NCBI GenBank assembly: GCA_000002445.1
Contig: CP000071.1
Location: forward strand, 2,208,001-2,272,000
Reading direction: 5' to 3'
DNA length: 64,000 nt
DNA from: Trypanosoma brucei
Lineage: Eukaryota
The position numbers and the translations under genes were made by a program. The number at the start of each line of letters is the position of its first letter. Position 1 is the first letter of the stretch. Positions 1-10,028 of this stretch are shown here, one piece after another. The notes under the pieces were generated by a model. That model did not search any database and was not told the DNA's origin. It saw nothing but the letters and a program-made list of their open reading frames with translations.

Positions 1-1
1 A

Positions 2-955
2 TGTGTGGCATATGTGATTTCTGTGGGTGATATCCTGAGTGCTACCTTAAAGGGTACCAACGCTCCGGATTTCCTGAAGCAGAAGTCAGGCAACCGACTG
101 CTTACAATTGGCATGTGGTTATGCTTCATGCTTCCACTTGTAATACCTCGGCGCATTGACTCCCTACGTTATGTTTCAACGTTCGCCGTCAGTTTCATGG
201 TGTACCTTGTCATCGCCATTGTAGTGCACTCATGCATGAATGGGTTACCGGAAAATATCAAGAACGTCAGTGTGGGAAAGGATGACAATGCTGAGATTAT
301 ATTGTTTAACAGTGGGAACAGAGCCATCGAAGGTCTTGGGGTGATAATGTTCGCATATGTGTGCCAAGTTGTCGCACTTGAAGTTTATGAGAACATGACA
401 AACCGGTCCGTGGGAAGGTTCGTAATTGCATCTGCAATTGCATTGGGTATCTGCTTCACATTGTACGTAATGACATCCTTTTTTGGTTACATGGACTTTG
501 GTCGTGCTGTTACTGGCTCTGTGCTTCTGATGTATGACCCAGTGAATGAACCTGCAATTATGGTCGGTTTCGTTGGTGTGCTCGTCAAGCTATGCGTATC
601 ATACGCTATTCTCGCTATGGCTTGCCGCAATGCACTGTATGATGTCGTGGGATGGGATGCCGACAAGGTTGCCTTCTGGAAGCATTGCATTGCCGTTGTT
701 ACTCTCTCTGTCGTCATGTTGTTGTGTGGCTTATTCATCCCAAAGATCAACACAGTTCTTGGGTTCGCTGGTTCCATCTCTGGTGGATCGCTGGGTTTCA
801 TTCTTCCTTCCTTATTGGTGATGTATTCCGGTGGCTTTACGTGGCAGAAGGTGGGTCCGTTTTATTATCTTACTACATACGCTGTATTACTTACAGGTGT
901 TATTGCCATTGTATTTGGCACGGGGTGCGCTATCTGGGGAACTTTCACTGGTTAG
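2..955 (+). CDS. Amino acid transporter (AAAP/AAT family), paralog A copy, 5' end cut by window edge (C-terminal ~317 aa present)
   Basis: The frame is open from position 2 to a TAG at 953-955. The translation is ~99% identical to residues 151-466 of the full paralog A gene at 2397-3797. The ORF track's start at 5 is a GTG, not a real start. Confidence 0.85.
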   Translation, partial: CVAYVISVGDILSATLKGTNAPDFLKQKSGNRLLTIGMWLCFMLPLVIPRRIDSLRYVSTFAVSFMVYLVIAIVVHSCMNGLPENIKNVSVGKDDNAEIILFNSGNRAIEGLGVIMFAYVCQVVALEVYENMTNRSVGRFVIASAIALGICFTLYVMTSFFGYMDFGRAVTGSVLLMYDPVNEPAIMVGFVGVLVKLCVSYAILAMACRNALYDVVGWDADKVAFWKHCIAVVTLSVVMLLCGLFIPKINTVLGFAGSISGGSLGFILPSLLVMYSGGFTWQKVGPFYYLTTYAVLLTGVIAIVFGTGCAIWGTFTG

Positions 956-987
956 TTGGCTTATGTGTAGCATATCGGAATGTATCG

Positions 988-1305
988 TATGATGTCGTGG
1001 GATGGGATGCCGACAAGGTTGCCTTCTGGAAGCATTGCATTGCCGTTGTTACTCTCTCTATCGTCATGTTGCTGTGTGGCTTATTCATCCCAAAGATCAA
1101 CACAGTTCTTGGGTTCGCTGGTTCCATCTCTGGTGGATTGTTGGGTTTCATTCTTCCTGCGCTATTCTTCATGTATTCTGGTGGCTTTACGTGGCAAAAG
1201 GTTGGTCCCTTTTATTACATTTCCACTTATGTTCTACTGATCACAGGTGTTATCGCAGCCGTATTTGGCACAGGTGCTACCATTTGGGCAGTTACTGTGG
1301 GATGA
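988..1305 (+). pseudogene. 3' fragment (about the last 105 codons) of a third AAT paralog, fused into the 3' UTR of the upstream AAT gene
   Basis: Positions 956-985 match the 3' UTR start of paralog A (compare 3798-3830). At a TGTAT microhomology the sequence switches into AAT coding sequence (YDVVGWDADKVAFWKHC...IWAVTVG, stop at 1303-1305). It is out of frame with the upstream gene, has no start codon of its own, and is ~85% identical to the A C-terminus rather than identical. Confidence 0.7.
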
Positions 1306-2295
1306 TTAGCGTAGGTTCTGCGCACAGGAATGCATTCTACAGCAAGAGGCCAGTCGCACATGTGAATTGTTACCCGAAAACGGCAGGTTAGAAATGTGAT
1401 ACCTGTGCAATGCAGGAATAAAAGTGTGCTTAAGTGTTTAAAAAACGAAGAAAATTAATTTAACGTTTCTCTCACCGACAAATCGTATACCTTCTCTCAT
1501 TTATCCGTTCCAACACGTATTTCAAACACGGTTCCCCTCTCCAAAACGTTATTTTATTTTGTCAATTATTTCCTTTGTTCGTGTCGACACGAGTGTTTCT
1601 CCATTTAGGAAGGGAATTTCAAGTGCGAAGAGGGGACATTGTGTTATATTTACTTTCTTTCCATCCTTCGTACACTATTTTTTCTTTGTAACGCCCTCCC
1701 TATCCGTATTATTTTATTTTTTTAATGGTTGTGCGTGAAGCACAACTGCTTAACGAAAAGCGCTTGTAGGGCCGGTGGGTAATTATTTTCTACATATTTT
1801 GTTGTATGCTCCCTAATATACTACAGAAACATTAGCAGCTGCCCACAAAGGTAGTTGTTGTAAGCTTCTGTCGCATAGTATCTCTTTCGTCTCTTTCTTC
1901 TTGCTTAAGATGTACATAAAGGATTCTTGATACATGCTACCACGTTGTGCAAACCAAATAACACTAATGGAACAGGGGCACTATCAGATTTGCTAACACA
2001 GTGGAGCATGAGCATGCAAGTGATTCCAATGATGCAGATCACGCGGAAAGGCTAATTGCTCTGTTATTAACTGCATTTGGTAATTGTACTAGCACCATTA
2101 TGTGCTCGGAGTGAGCGTTCCATAGTACTATGGCTGTGGCAAGTTTCAGAGTGTGGGATGAGTTAACAACGATGCCAAGAACGCTGGCCGCTATTCCCTA
2201 AGATGCGTCTGCACTGCCACCGTAGCAAGTAACGTCTCTAGGCAGTTAACCCTTATGTGTATGTGTAACACTCCGATGCTACTTCTCCACTCGCT

Positions 2296-2360
2296 AAGCC
2301 GTTTTGTTCCCCTTAACATTATTACTTTCCCCTTACCTCATATTTTCTATATCCATCAAG
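2296..2360 (+). promoter_or_regulatory. Polypyrimidine tract plus AG dinucleotide, candidate trans-splice acceptor for paralog A
   Basis: A CT-rich run (ttttgttccccttaacattattactttccccttacctcatattttctatatccatcaag) ends in AG about 38 nt upstream of the ATG at 2397. This is the typical kinetoplastid arrangement. Confidence 0.45.
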
Positions 2361-2396
2361 TGTATAACCACAAAGACACTTAACCACCAAAAGAAA

Positions 2397-3797
2397 ATGA
2401 CCAGCATCAATGCCCAACCACCCAACTCAGCCACTTATCCTCAGGATGATCATGGCAGCGCAGAAGTTGTGAACCCAAATCCTGAGGCACCCCTTTCCCA
2501 AAATGAACTAAAGAATAGTGGTGGTTGCTTTGCCAGGGTGAGTTTATTTATGGCAACTATCATCCCACCGGGAGGTATCGCCGCAAGCGCCTTCAACATT
2601 GCCGCTTCATCTGTTGGTGCCGGTATCATTGGCTTGCCTTCTGCCGCCAACAGCAGTGGGCTTGTGATGGCGATGATTTATCTTATTATCATTACGGCAA
2701 TGTCTGTGTTTACAATGCACAATCTCGCAGTGGTTGCTGATAAGACTAATGTGTACACGTACGAAGGAGTTGCCCGTGTCCTGCTGGGTCGCTGGGGAGA
2801 GTACTACGTAGCTGTTGTTCGTGCTTTCCATGGCTTTAGTGCATGTGTGGCATATGTGATTTCTGTGGGTGATATCCTGAGTGCTACCTTAAAGGGTACC
2901 AACGCTCCGGATTTCCTGAAGCAGAAGTCAGGCAACCGGCTGCTTACAATTGGCATGTGGTTATGCTTCATGCTTCCACTTGTAATACCTCGGCACATTG
3001 ACTCCCTACGTTATGTTTCAACCATCGCCGTCAGTTTCATGGTGTACCTCGTCATCGCCATTGTAGTGCACTCATGCATGAATGGGTTACCGGAAAATAT
3101 CAAGAACGTCAGTGTGGGAAAGGATGACAATGCTGAGATTATATTGTTTAACAGTGGGAACAGAGCCATCGAAGGTCTTGGGGTGATAATGTTCGCATAT
3201 GTGTGCCAAGTTGTCGCACTTGAAGTTTATGAGAACATGACAAACCGGTCCGTGGGAAGGTTCGTAATTGCATCTGCAATTGCATTGGGTATCTGCTTCA
3301 CATTGTACGTAATGACAGCCTTCTTTGGTTACATGGACTTTGGTCGTGCTGTTACTGGCTCTGTGCTTCTGATGTATGACCCAGTGAATGAACCTGCAAT
3401 TATGGTCGGTTTCGTTGGTGTGCTCGTCAAGCTATGCGTATCATACGCTATTCTCGCTATGGCTTGCCGCAATGCACTGTATGATGTCGTGGGATGGGAT
3501 GCCGACAAGGTTGCCTTCTGGAAGCATTGCATTGCCGTTGTTACTCTCTCTGTCGTCATGTTGTTGTGTGGCTTATTCATCCCAAAAATCACAACTGTGC
3601 TGGGGTTCGCTGGTTCCATCTCTGGTGGATCGCTGGGTTTCATTCTTCCTTCCTTATTGGTGATGTATTCCGGTGGCTTTACGTGGCAGAAGGTGGGTCC
3701 GTTTTATTATCTTACTACATACGCTGTATTACTTACAGGTGTTATTGCCATTGTATTTGGTACGGGAGCGACCATCTGGGGAACTGCGACTGGTTAA
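2397..3797 (+). CDS. Amino acid transporter (AAAP/AAT family), paralog A, full length (466 aa)
   Basis: The ORF 2304-3797 has a first plausible ATG at 2397 (MTSINAQPP...); the 31 codons upstream translate a polypyrimidine tract. The protein has multiple hydrophobic helices and AAT-like motifs (GGIAASAFNIAASSVGAGIIGLP, N-terminal hydrophilic tail). Confidence 0.85.
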   Translation: MTSINAQPPNSATYPQDDHGSAEVVNPNPEAPLSQNELKNSGGCFARVSLFMATIIPPGGIAASAFNIAASSVGAGIIGLPSAANSSGLVMAMIYLIIITAMSVFTMHNLAVVADKTNVYTYEGVARVLLGRWGEYYVAVVRAFHGFSACVAYVISVGDILSATLKGTNAPDFLKQKSGNRLLTIGMWLCFMLPLVIPRHIDSLRYVSTIAVSFMVYLVIAIVVHSCMNGLPENIKNVSVGKDDNAEIILFNSGNRAIEGLGVIMFAYVCQVVALEVYENMTNRSVGRFVIASAIALGICFTLYVMTAFFGYMDFGRAVTGSVLLMYDPVNEPAIMVGFVGVLVKLCVSYAILAMACRNALYDVVGWDADKVAFWKHCIAVVTLSVVMLLCGLFIPKITTVLGFAGSISGGSLGFILPSLLVMYSGGFTWQKVGPFYYLTTYAVLLTGVIAIVFGTGATIWGTATG

Positions 3798-4345
3798 TTG
3801 GTTTATGTGTAGCATATCGGAATGTATCGTTTTAACGGGTTTATCGAGGCATGAACAGTACTATAAGTGCTGTAAAATAATATTATCATCACTATTATAG
3901 CAATGACACTGAGCGTAAACGTTACTAATAACACGGAAGTGAATGACTAGGCGACTTCTCTTTCCGCTTCACTACTCAAAAATATAACAACACATATTTT
4001 GTTTTTCTGCTGTTTCTGACAGTATAGTCCCCAACCCCAACTGAATCGCTTCAACCCAGGTCGGTTGATGTTTTTTCCCTAGTTGGCAACGCGCTCCAAC
4101 ATATCTTCGTTTAGTCTATGCGTGGCATCTGTAGAGTGGGTGGCTGGGACAACGCCATCTGTCTCCAGTTCTCGCACACTGTTCTTCGACCGATATTTCA
4201 TTATCTATTTTTTTTCTTACTGTTTTTGTTATGTCAATTATTATTTTAGCGTGGGGTTAATCCTGTTGTATGATGTAAACTAGTTGTATTGTTGCAATTA
4301 TTTTTTTTTATTCCGAGAAAAGGTAAATTTGGGTTGTCTGATCAC
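3798..4345 (+). repeat. A-to-B intergenic spacer, copy 1 of a ~4042-bp tandem unit
   Basis: Nearly identical to 7838-8387. Confidence 0.8.
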
Positions 4346-5986
4346 ATGTTTAAACTTCTTCGTATCATCACTCCGTCCCTGGCTCTTTGGTTCTTAACAC
4401 CAGGACAGTCGACTTCGTTCACATTGCGTGGGCATCTCCCTCAGTCCCATTCGCTGTACCTTTTCTCCCCAATTTCTTCTAGACTTTCCAAAGGCACAAA
4501 AGCAGGACAGACAGCGCCTCTTATGCATCCTGACGGAACCACTGCGCCTGATTCCTGGAGGCTCACGAACCCACCAGACTCCGTTGAGGCGGGGGCCACT
4601 GAGGGTGCGGCAACAGGTTCCTCAATCCCACATGGATCACCGGAGGCAACAGGTGACAAGGTTGGTGAAAACAATGACAGAGACCAATTGACCGCTTCGG
4701 GGGGGGAACGTTCGCAGCCATTCATGGAGTGCGTCAAAAAAGTGATACCGCCGGGTGGTTTGGTCTCCACGGTGTTCAATCTCGCTGCCATGTGCATCGG
4801 TGCCGGCATCCTCGGTCTTCCCGCAGCAGCTAATAGCAGCGGTCTGGTGATGATGTTTGTGTATCCTACAGTTATTGTTTTTCTTTCCATATACTCGCTC
4901 TACTGCCTCGCCACGCAGATAGAAAGGCACGGTCTAAAGTCCTACGAAGGCATGTCGAGGGCGCTGCTGGGTCCATGGTCCGCTTACCTTACTGGCGTGC
5001 TGCGTGCGCTCAATACCTTTGGCGCCTGCGTGGCGTTTATCATTGCCGTGGGTGATATCCTGAGTGCCATTCTAAAGGGTACCAACGCTCCAGATTTCCT
5101 GAAGCAGAAGTCAGGCAACCGATTGCTAACGTCCATCATCTGGCTATGTTTCATGCTCCCACTTGTAATACCCCGCAGCGTAAACACACTCCGCTACATA
5201 TCAACCATAGGAATTACATCCATCTGCTACCTTGTTGTCGTTATCGTGGTGCATTCGTACATGAATGGATTACCCGACAACATCAAAAAAGTGCATTTGA
5301 CTGGTGCCCCAGGTGATGAAGGCATTCACCTCTTTGGCACAGGAAATAAAGCAGTGGAAGGTCCGGGCGTCTTCATGTTCGCTTTTCTCTGCCAAGCGAA
5401 TTCGTTCGAAGTATACTTGGGCATGCCGCAACCCAACGTGCACAGGTTTACAGCCTACACAGCCATCGCCATGGCCGTATGCTTCGTGCTGTGCATTTTC
5501 GCAGCCTTCTTTGGTTACCTGGATTTTGGTGGGGCTGTTACTGGATCTGTGCTTCTGATGTATGACCCAGTGAATGAACCTGCAATTATGGTCGGTTTCG
5601 TTGGTGTGCTCGTCAAGCTGTGTGCGTCATATGCATTGCTGGCAATGGCTTGTCGTAATGCACTGTATAGTTTTGTTGGGTGGGATGCCGACGAGGTCGC
5701 CTTCTGGAAGCATTGCGTTTTTGTGATCTCCCTCTCTGCGGTTATCTTATTGTGCGGTCTCTTCATCCCAACCATAAACACGGTGTTTGGCTTCGTTGGG
5801 GCTGTTTGTGGAGGCTTTCTTGCCTTCATCCTCCCTTCGCTATTCATCATGTATGGCGGGGGCTGGTCCCTGAAGACGGTTGGATGGTGCCACTACCTTG
5901 CGACATATGCAGTGCTGTTTGCAGGGGTGGCATTATGCGTATTTGGTACAGGCGCTACCGTGTACAGTGTCGCAGTGGAGTGGTAA
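4346..5986 (+). CDS. Amino acid transporter (AAAP/AAT family), paralog B copy 1 (~546 aa; start codon uncertain)
   Basis: ORF 4289-5986. The ATG at 4346 is the first one conserved in frame in both B copies; the upstream ATG at 4289 lies in a poly-T tract and is not conserved in copy 2. The core from about residue 140 aligns with paralog A. An alternative start at the in-frame Met of LMHPDG (~4526) cannot be excluded. Confidence 0.8.
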   Translation: MFKLLRIITPSLALWFLTPGQSTSFTLRGHLPQSHSLYLFSPISSRLSKGTKAGQTAPLMHPDGTTAPDSWRLTNPPDSVEAGATEGAATGSSIPHGSPEATGDKVGENNDRDQLTASGGERSQPFMECVKKVIPPGGLVSTVFNLAAMCIGAGILGLPAAANSSGLVMMFVYPTVIVFLSIYSLYCLATQIERHGLKSYEGMSRALLGPWSAYLTGVLRALNTFGACVAFIIAVGDILSAILKGTNAPDFLKQKSGNRLLTSIIWLCFMLPLVIPRSVNTLRYISTIGITSICYLVVVIVVHSYMNGLPDNIKKVHLTGAPGDEGIHLFGTGNKAVEGPGVFMFAFLCQANSFEVYLGMPQPNVHRFTAYTAIAMAVCFVLCIFAAFFGYLDFGGAVTGSVLLMYDPVNEPAIMVGFVGVLVKLCASYALLAMACRNALYSFVGWDADEVAFWKHCVFVISLSAVILLCGLFIPTINTVFGFVGAVCGGFLAFILPSLFIMYGGGWSLKTVGWCHYLATYAVLFAGVALCVFGTGATVYSVAVEW

Positions 5987-7304
5987 CGATAGAAGTGGGG
6001 CGTCACTCGTCCTTCTCCATACATGCCCCGTGTCGAGCAAATATCATTGGGCATATGCTCTCTAAAGCCCTATTGGGCTCGTGAGATGTTTTCCTCCCCT
6101 TTTATTATGTTTTAATGCGTACGTATTATCATTATTGGATTTACTCCTCTTCCGGTATGCTCACTCGAAAACGTGTACCTCCGGCCCAACCAGAGGGAGA
6201 TAGTGTAAGGACGCAGGGATACAGGCTGTGGTGCAATTATCCATTACTGTCTCATTTAATATTTTATTGATATAGCCAATCTTTTCAGCGGTAGCAGCCT
6301 TTTTGTGTGTGTTTTAACTCCTTTCGGAGCGACGTCAGTAATAAGGGAGAAAAGCGTCGATGTCTCTTGGTTACTCGTCTTTATTTTTTTTTTGGTGAGT
6401 CTCCAAGTAAGTCACTCTTCGAGTTGCACACCACTCGGGTGCATATGAATGGTGGCGCTTCTCGCTCCGTTAACTTCACTGTTTTTTGTTGTTGTAACTT
6501 AATCCCACTAACACAGCACCCGACTAGGGATGTTCCGGGAAGCTATAAAACGTGCGTGCATATTGTCAGAGAAGGATCATCTGAGCATGCTGATCGTTGT
6601 TCCCCTAGGATTCGTTCTTGATCTCCTTCTTTATCTACTCTCCCTTTGCTTTCCTTCCTCCTCATATTCTTTACGCTCTCTGTTGCAGCACAAATGTTAG
6701 CGATGGGTGACCCGGACATCCCTTAGTTCCTTCTTTTCAGCAGGTTACCTGTTGGCGTTTGATGATTGTACCAATATCGGAGCTACAAGCAAAGTTGGCA
6801 GTATGCATATATGTTACAAATCCATGTACCCGTTGAACACCACTGTGGTCTGTTTCCCATTGCGTCTCCAGGGCTGATATGTATGCATTGTGTTTACCCT
6901 GAATCATGAACGCGGCCGCGCAACTCCTGGAAAATGGTGTCTGGTACGTTCTTTGTTTTGTTCCTTGCCGCGGCTGCATGGCAGTAGACAGTTATTAGCT
7001 GGATGTACAAATACACAGAGCCTTCCTTCATAAGGTTGAAAACTAAGGATAGTCATGTGTTCTAACAAACAATCACAAGTGGATGTTTCTTCGGCACTTC
7101 ACGCCGAACCGAATGCATCTACTCTCGTCTCTTGTAATGTCTCTTGGACTCGGAAGATGGCACCCGTCAGCTCATGGGGTGTCGCGACAATGGGGAAGAG
7201 GAAGGGTTAACGCACGCACTACTGTTCGTGATGCACGAGAGCCAAATAATCTGCTGCTGACGAAGGGCGCATCGGTCTAATGGGTGTACCCCATTACCAT
7301 TACT
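5987..7304 (+). repeat. B-downstream spacer, copy 1 (1.3 kb, part of the tandem unit)
   Basis: About 99% identical to 10029-11346 apart from a small indel near 6370/10412. Confidence 0.8.
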
Positions 7305-7837
7305 GTTTAGCGCCGTCCTATGTGTTGGCTATCTGCTTCACATTGTACGTAATGACAGCCTTCTTTGGTTACATGGATTTTGGTGGGGCTGTTACTGGAT
7401 CTGTGCTTCTGATGTATGACCCAGTGAATGAACCTGCAATTATGGTCGGTTTCGTTGGTGTGCTCGTCAAGCTATGCGTATCATACGCTATTCTCGCTAT
7501 GGCTTGCCGCAATGCACTGTATGATGTCGTGGGATGGGATGCCGACAAGGTTGCCTTCTGGAAGCATTGCATTGCCGTTGTTACTCTCTCTGTCGTCATG
7601 TTGCTGTGTGGCTTATTCATCCCCAAAATCACAACTGTGCTGGGATTGGCTGGTTCCATCTCTGGTGGATCGCTGGGTTTCCTATTTCCCGCCTTATTGG
7701 TGATGTATTCCGGTGGCTTTACGTGGCAGAAGGTGGGTCCGTTTTATTATCTTACTACATACGCTGTATTACTTACAGGTGTTATTGCCATTGTATTTGG
7801 TACGGGAGCGACCATCTGGGGAACTGCGACTGGTTAA
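7305..7837 (+). pseudogene. 5'-truncated paralog A fragment (last ~177 codons), possibly expressible as chimeric ORF 7280-7837
   Basis: Matches 3265-3797 of paralog A nearly base-for-base. The upstream junction follows ...cctatgtgttggct, which in the downstream unit (11340) continues into unrelated sequence. An in-frame ATG at 7280 in spacer sequence creates a 185-aa ORF covering the last ~5 TM helices. The region around 7375-7395 carries B-like bases (FGGAVTG instead of FGRAVTG). Confidence 0.7.
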
Positions 7838-8387
7838 TTGGTTTATGTGTAGCATATCGGAATGTATCGTTTTAACGGGTTTATCGAGGCATGAACAGTA
7901 CTATAAGTGCTGTAAAATAATATTATCATCACTATTATAGCAATGACACTGAGCGTAAACGTTACTAATAACACGGAAGTGAATGACTAGGCGACTTCTC
8001 TTTCCGCTTCACTACTCAAAAATATAACAACACATATTTTGTTTTTCTGCTGTTTCTGACAGTATAGTCCCCAACCCCAACTGAATCGCTTCAACCCAGG
8101 TCGGTTGATGTTTTTTCCCTAGTTGGCAACGCGCTCCAACATATCTTCGTTTAGTCTATGCGTGGCATCTGTAGAGTGGGTGGCTGGGACAACGCCATCT
8201 GTCTCCAGTTCTCGCACGCTGTTCTTCGACCGATATTTCATTATCTATTTTTTTTCTTACTGTTTTTGTTATGTCGATTATTATTTTAGCGTGGGGTTAA
8301 TCCTGTTGTATGATGTAAACTAGTTGTATTGTTGCAATTGTTTATTTTTTTATTCCGAGAAAAGGTAAATTTGGGTTGTCTGATCAC
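7838..8387 (+). repeat. A-to-B intergenic spacer, copy 2
   Basis: Nearly identical to 3798-4345. Confidence 0.8.
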
Positions 8388-10028
8388 ATGTTTAAACTTC
8401 TTCGTATCATCACTCCGTCCCTGGCTCTTTGGTTCTTAACACCAGGACAGTCGACTTCGTTCACATTGCGTGGGCATCTCCCTCAGTCCCATTCGCTGTA
8501 CCTTTTCTCCCCAATTTCTTCTAGACTTTCCAAAGGCACAAAAGCAGGACAGACAGCGCCTCTTATGCATCCTGACGGAACCACTGCGCCTGATTCCTGG
8601 AGGCTCACGAACCCACCAGACTCCGTTGAGGCGGGGGCCACTGAGGGTGCGGCAACAGGTTCCTCAATCCCACATGGATCATCGGAGGCAACAGGTGACA
8701 AGGTTGGTGAAAACAATGACAGAGACCAATTGACCGCTTCGGGGGGGGAACGTTCGCAGCCATTCATGGAGTGCGTCAAAAAAGTGATACCGCCGGGTGG
8801 TTTGGTCTCCACGGTGTTCAATCTCGCTGCCATGTGCATCGGTGCCGGCATCCTCGGTCTTCCCGCAGCAGCTAATAGCAGCGGTCTGGTGATGATGTTT
8901 GTGTATCCTACAGTTATTGTTTTTCTTTCCATATACTCGCTCTACTGCCTCGCCACGCAGATAGAAAGGCACGGTCTAAAGTCCTACGAAGGCATGTCGA
9001 GGGCGCTGCTGGGTCCATGGTCCGCTTACCTTACTGGCGTGCTGCGTGCGCTCAATACCTTTGGCGCCTGCGTGGCGTTTATCATTTCTGTGGGTGATAT
9101 CCTGAGTGCCATTCTAAAGGGTACCAACGCTCCAGATTTCCTGAAGCAGAAGTCAGGCAACCGATTGCTAACGTCCATCATCTGGCTATGTTTCATGCTC
9201 CCACTTGTAATACCCCGCAGCGTAAACACACTCCGCTACATGTCAGCCATAGGAATTACATCCATCTGCTACCTTGTTGTCGTTATCGTGGTGCATTCGT
9301 ACATGAATGGATTACCCGACAACATCAAAAAAGTGCATTTGACTGGTGCCCCAGGTGATGAAGGCATTCACCTCTTTGGCACAGGAAATAAAGCAGTGGA
9401 AGGTCCGGGCGTCTTCATGTTCGCTTTTCTCTGCCAAGCGAATTCGTTCGAAGTATACTTGGGCATGCCGAAACCCAACGTGCACAGGTTTACAGCCTAC
9501 ACAGCCATCGCCATGGCCGTATGCTTCGTGCTGTGCATTTTCGCAGCCTTCTTTGGTTACCTGGATTTTGGTGGAGCTGTTACTGGATCTGTGCTTCTGA
9601 TGTATGACCCAGTGAATGAACCTGCAATTATGGTCGGTTTCGTTGGTGTGCTCGTCAAGCTATGCGTATCATATGCATTGGTGGCAATGGCTTGTCGTAA
9701 TGCACTGTATAGTTTTGTTGGGTGGGATGCCGACGATGTCGCCTTCTGGAAGCATTGCGTTTTTGTGATCTCCCTCTCTGCGGTTATCTTATTGTGCGGT
9801 CTCTTCATCCCAACCATAAACACGGTGTTTGGCTTCGTTGGGGCTGTTTGTGGAGGCTTTCTTGCCTTCATTCTCCCTTCGCTATTCATCATGTATGGCG
9901 GGGGCTGGTCCCTGAAGGCGGTTGGATGGTGCCACTACCTTGCGACATATGCAGTGCTGTTTGCAGGGGTGGCATTATGCGTATTTGGTACAGGCGCTAC
10001 CGTGTACAGTGTCGCAGTGGAGTGGTAA
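8388..10028 (+). CDS. Amino acid transporter (AAAP/AAT family), paralog B copy 2 (~546 aa)
   Basis: ORF 8376-10028. About 98-99% identical to B copy 1, with a few substitutions: IIAVGD to IISVGD, YISTIG to YMSAIG, QPNVH to KPNVH, CASYALLAM to CVSYALVAM, ADEVAF to ADDVAF, KTVGW to KAVGW. Confidence 0.85.
   Translation: MFKLLRIITPSLALWFLTPGQSTSFTLRGHLPQSHSLYLFSPISSRLSKGTKAGQTAPLMHPDGTTAPDSWRLTNPPDSVEAGATEGAATGSSIPHGSSEATGDKVGENNDRDQLTASGGERSQPFMECVKKVIPPGGLVSTVFNLAAMCIGAGILGLPAAANSSGLVMMFVYPTVIVFLSIYSLYCLATQIERHGLKSYEGMSRALLGPWSAYLTGVLRALNTFGACVAFIISVGDILSAILKGTNAPDFLKQKSGNRLLTSIIWLCFMLPLVIPRSVNTLRYMSAIGITSICYLVVVIVVHSYMNGLPDNIKKVHLTGAPGDEGIHLFGTGNKAVEGPGVFMFAFLCQANSFEVYLGMPKPNVHRFTAYTAIAMAVCFVLCIFAAFFGYLDFGGAVTGSVLLMYDPVNEPAIMVGFVGVLVKLCVSYALVAMACRNALYSFVGWDADDVAFWKHCVFVISLSAVILLCGLFIPTINTVFGFVGAVCGGFLAFILPSLFIMYGGGWSLKAVGWCHYLATYAVLFAGVALCVFGTGATVYSVAVEW

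Noticed and set aside
487-1391. Several overlapping ORFs on both strands inside the AAT genes (e.g. 487-801 minus, 546-821 plus, 652-1305 plus, 1002-1391 plus, and their counterparts in each gene copy at 3329-3643, 5515-5850, 7369-7659 and 9557-9892)
   Set aside because: They are shadow frames of a conserved coding region, repeated in every copy because the gene is repeated. Their translations are Cys/Trp/Arg-rich and not protein-like. The 3' end of 652-1305 is the paralog-C fragment reported separately.
2304-2396. N-terminal extension of the ORF track's 2304-3797 (MFPLTLLLSPYLIFSISIKC...)
   Set aside because: It translates the polypyrimidine tract and AG acceptor region. The start is more plausibly the ATG at 2397.
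4289-4345. Upstream ATG of paralog B (MLQLFFFIPRKGKFGLSDH)
   Set aside because: It lies in a poly-T tract and is not conserved in frame in the second B copy, where the ORF starts at 8376 in a different context.
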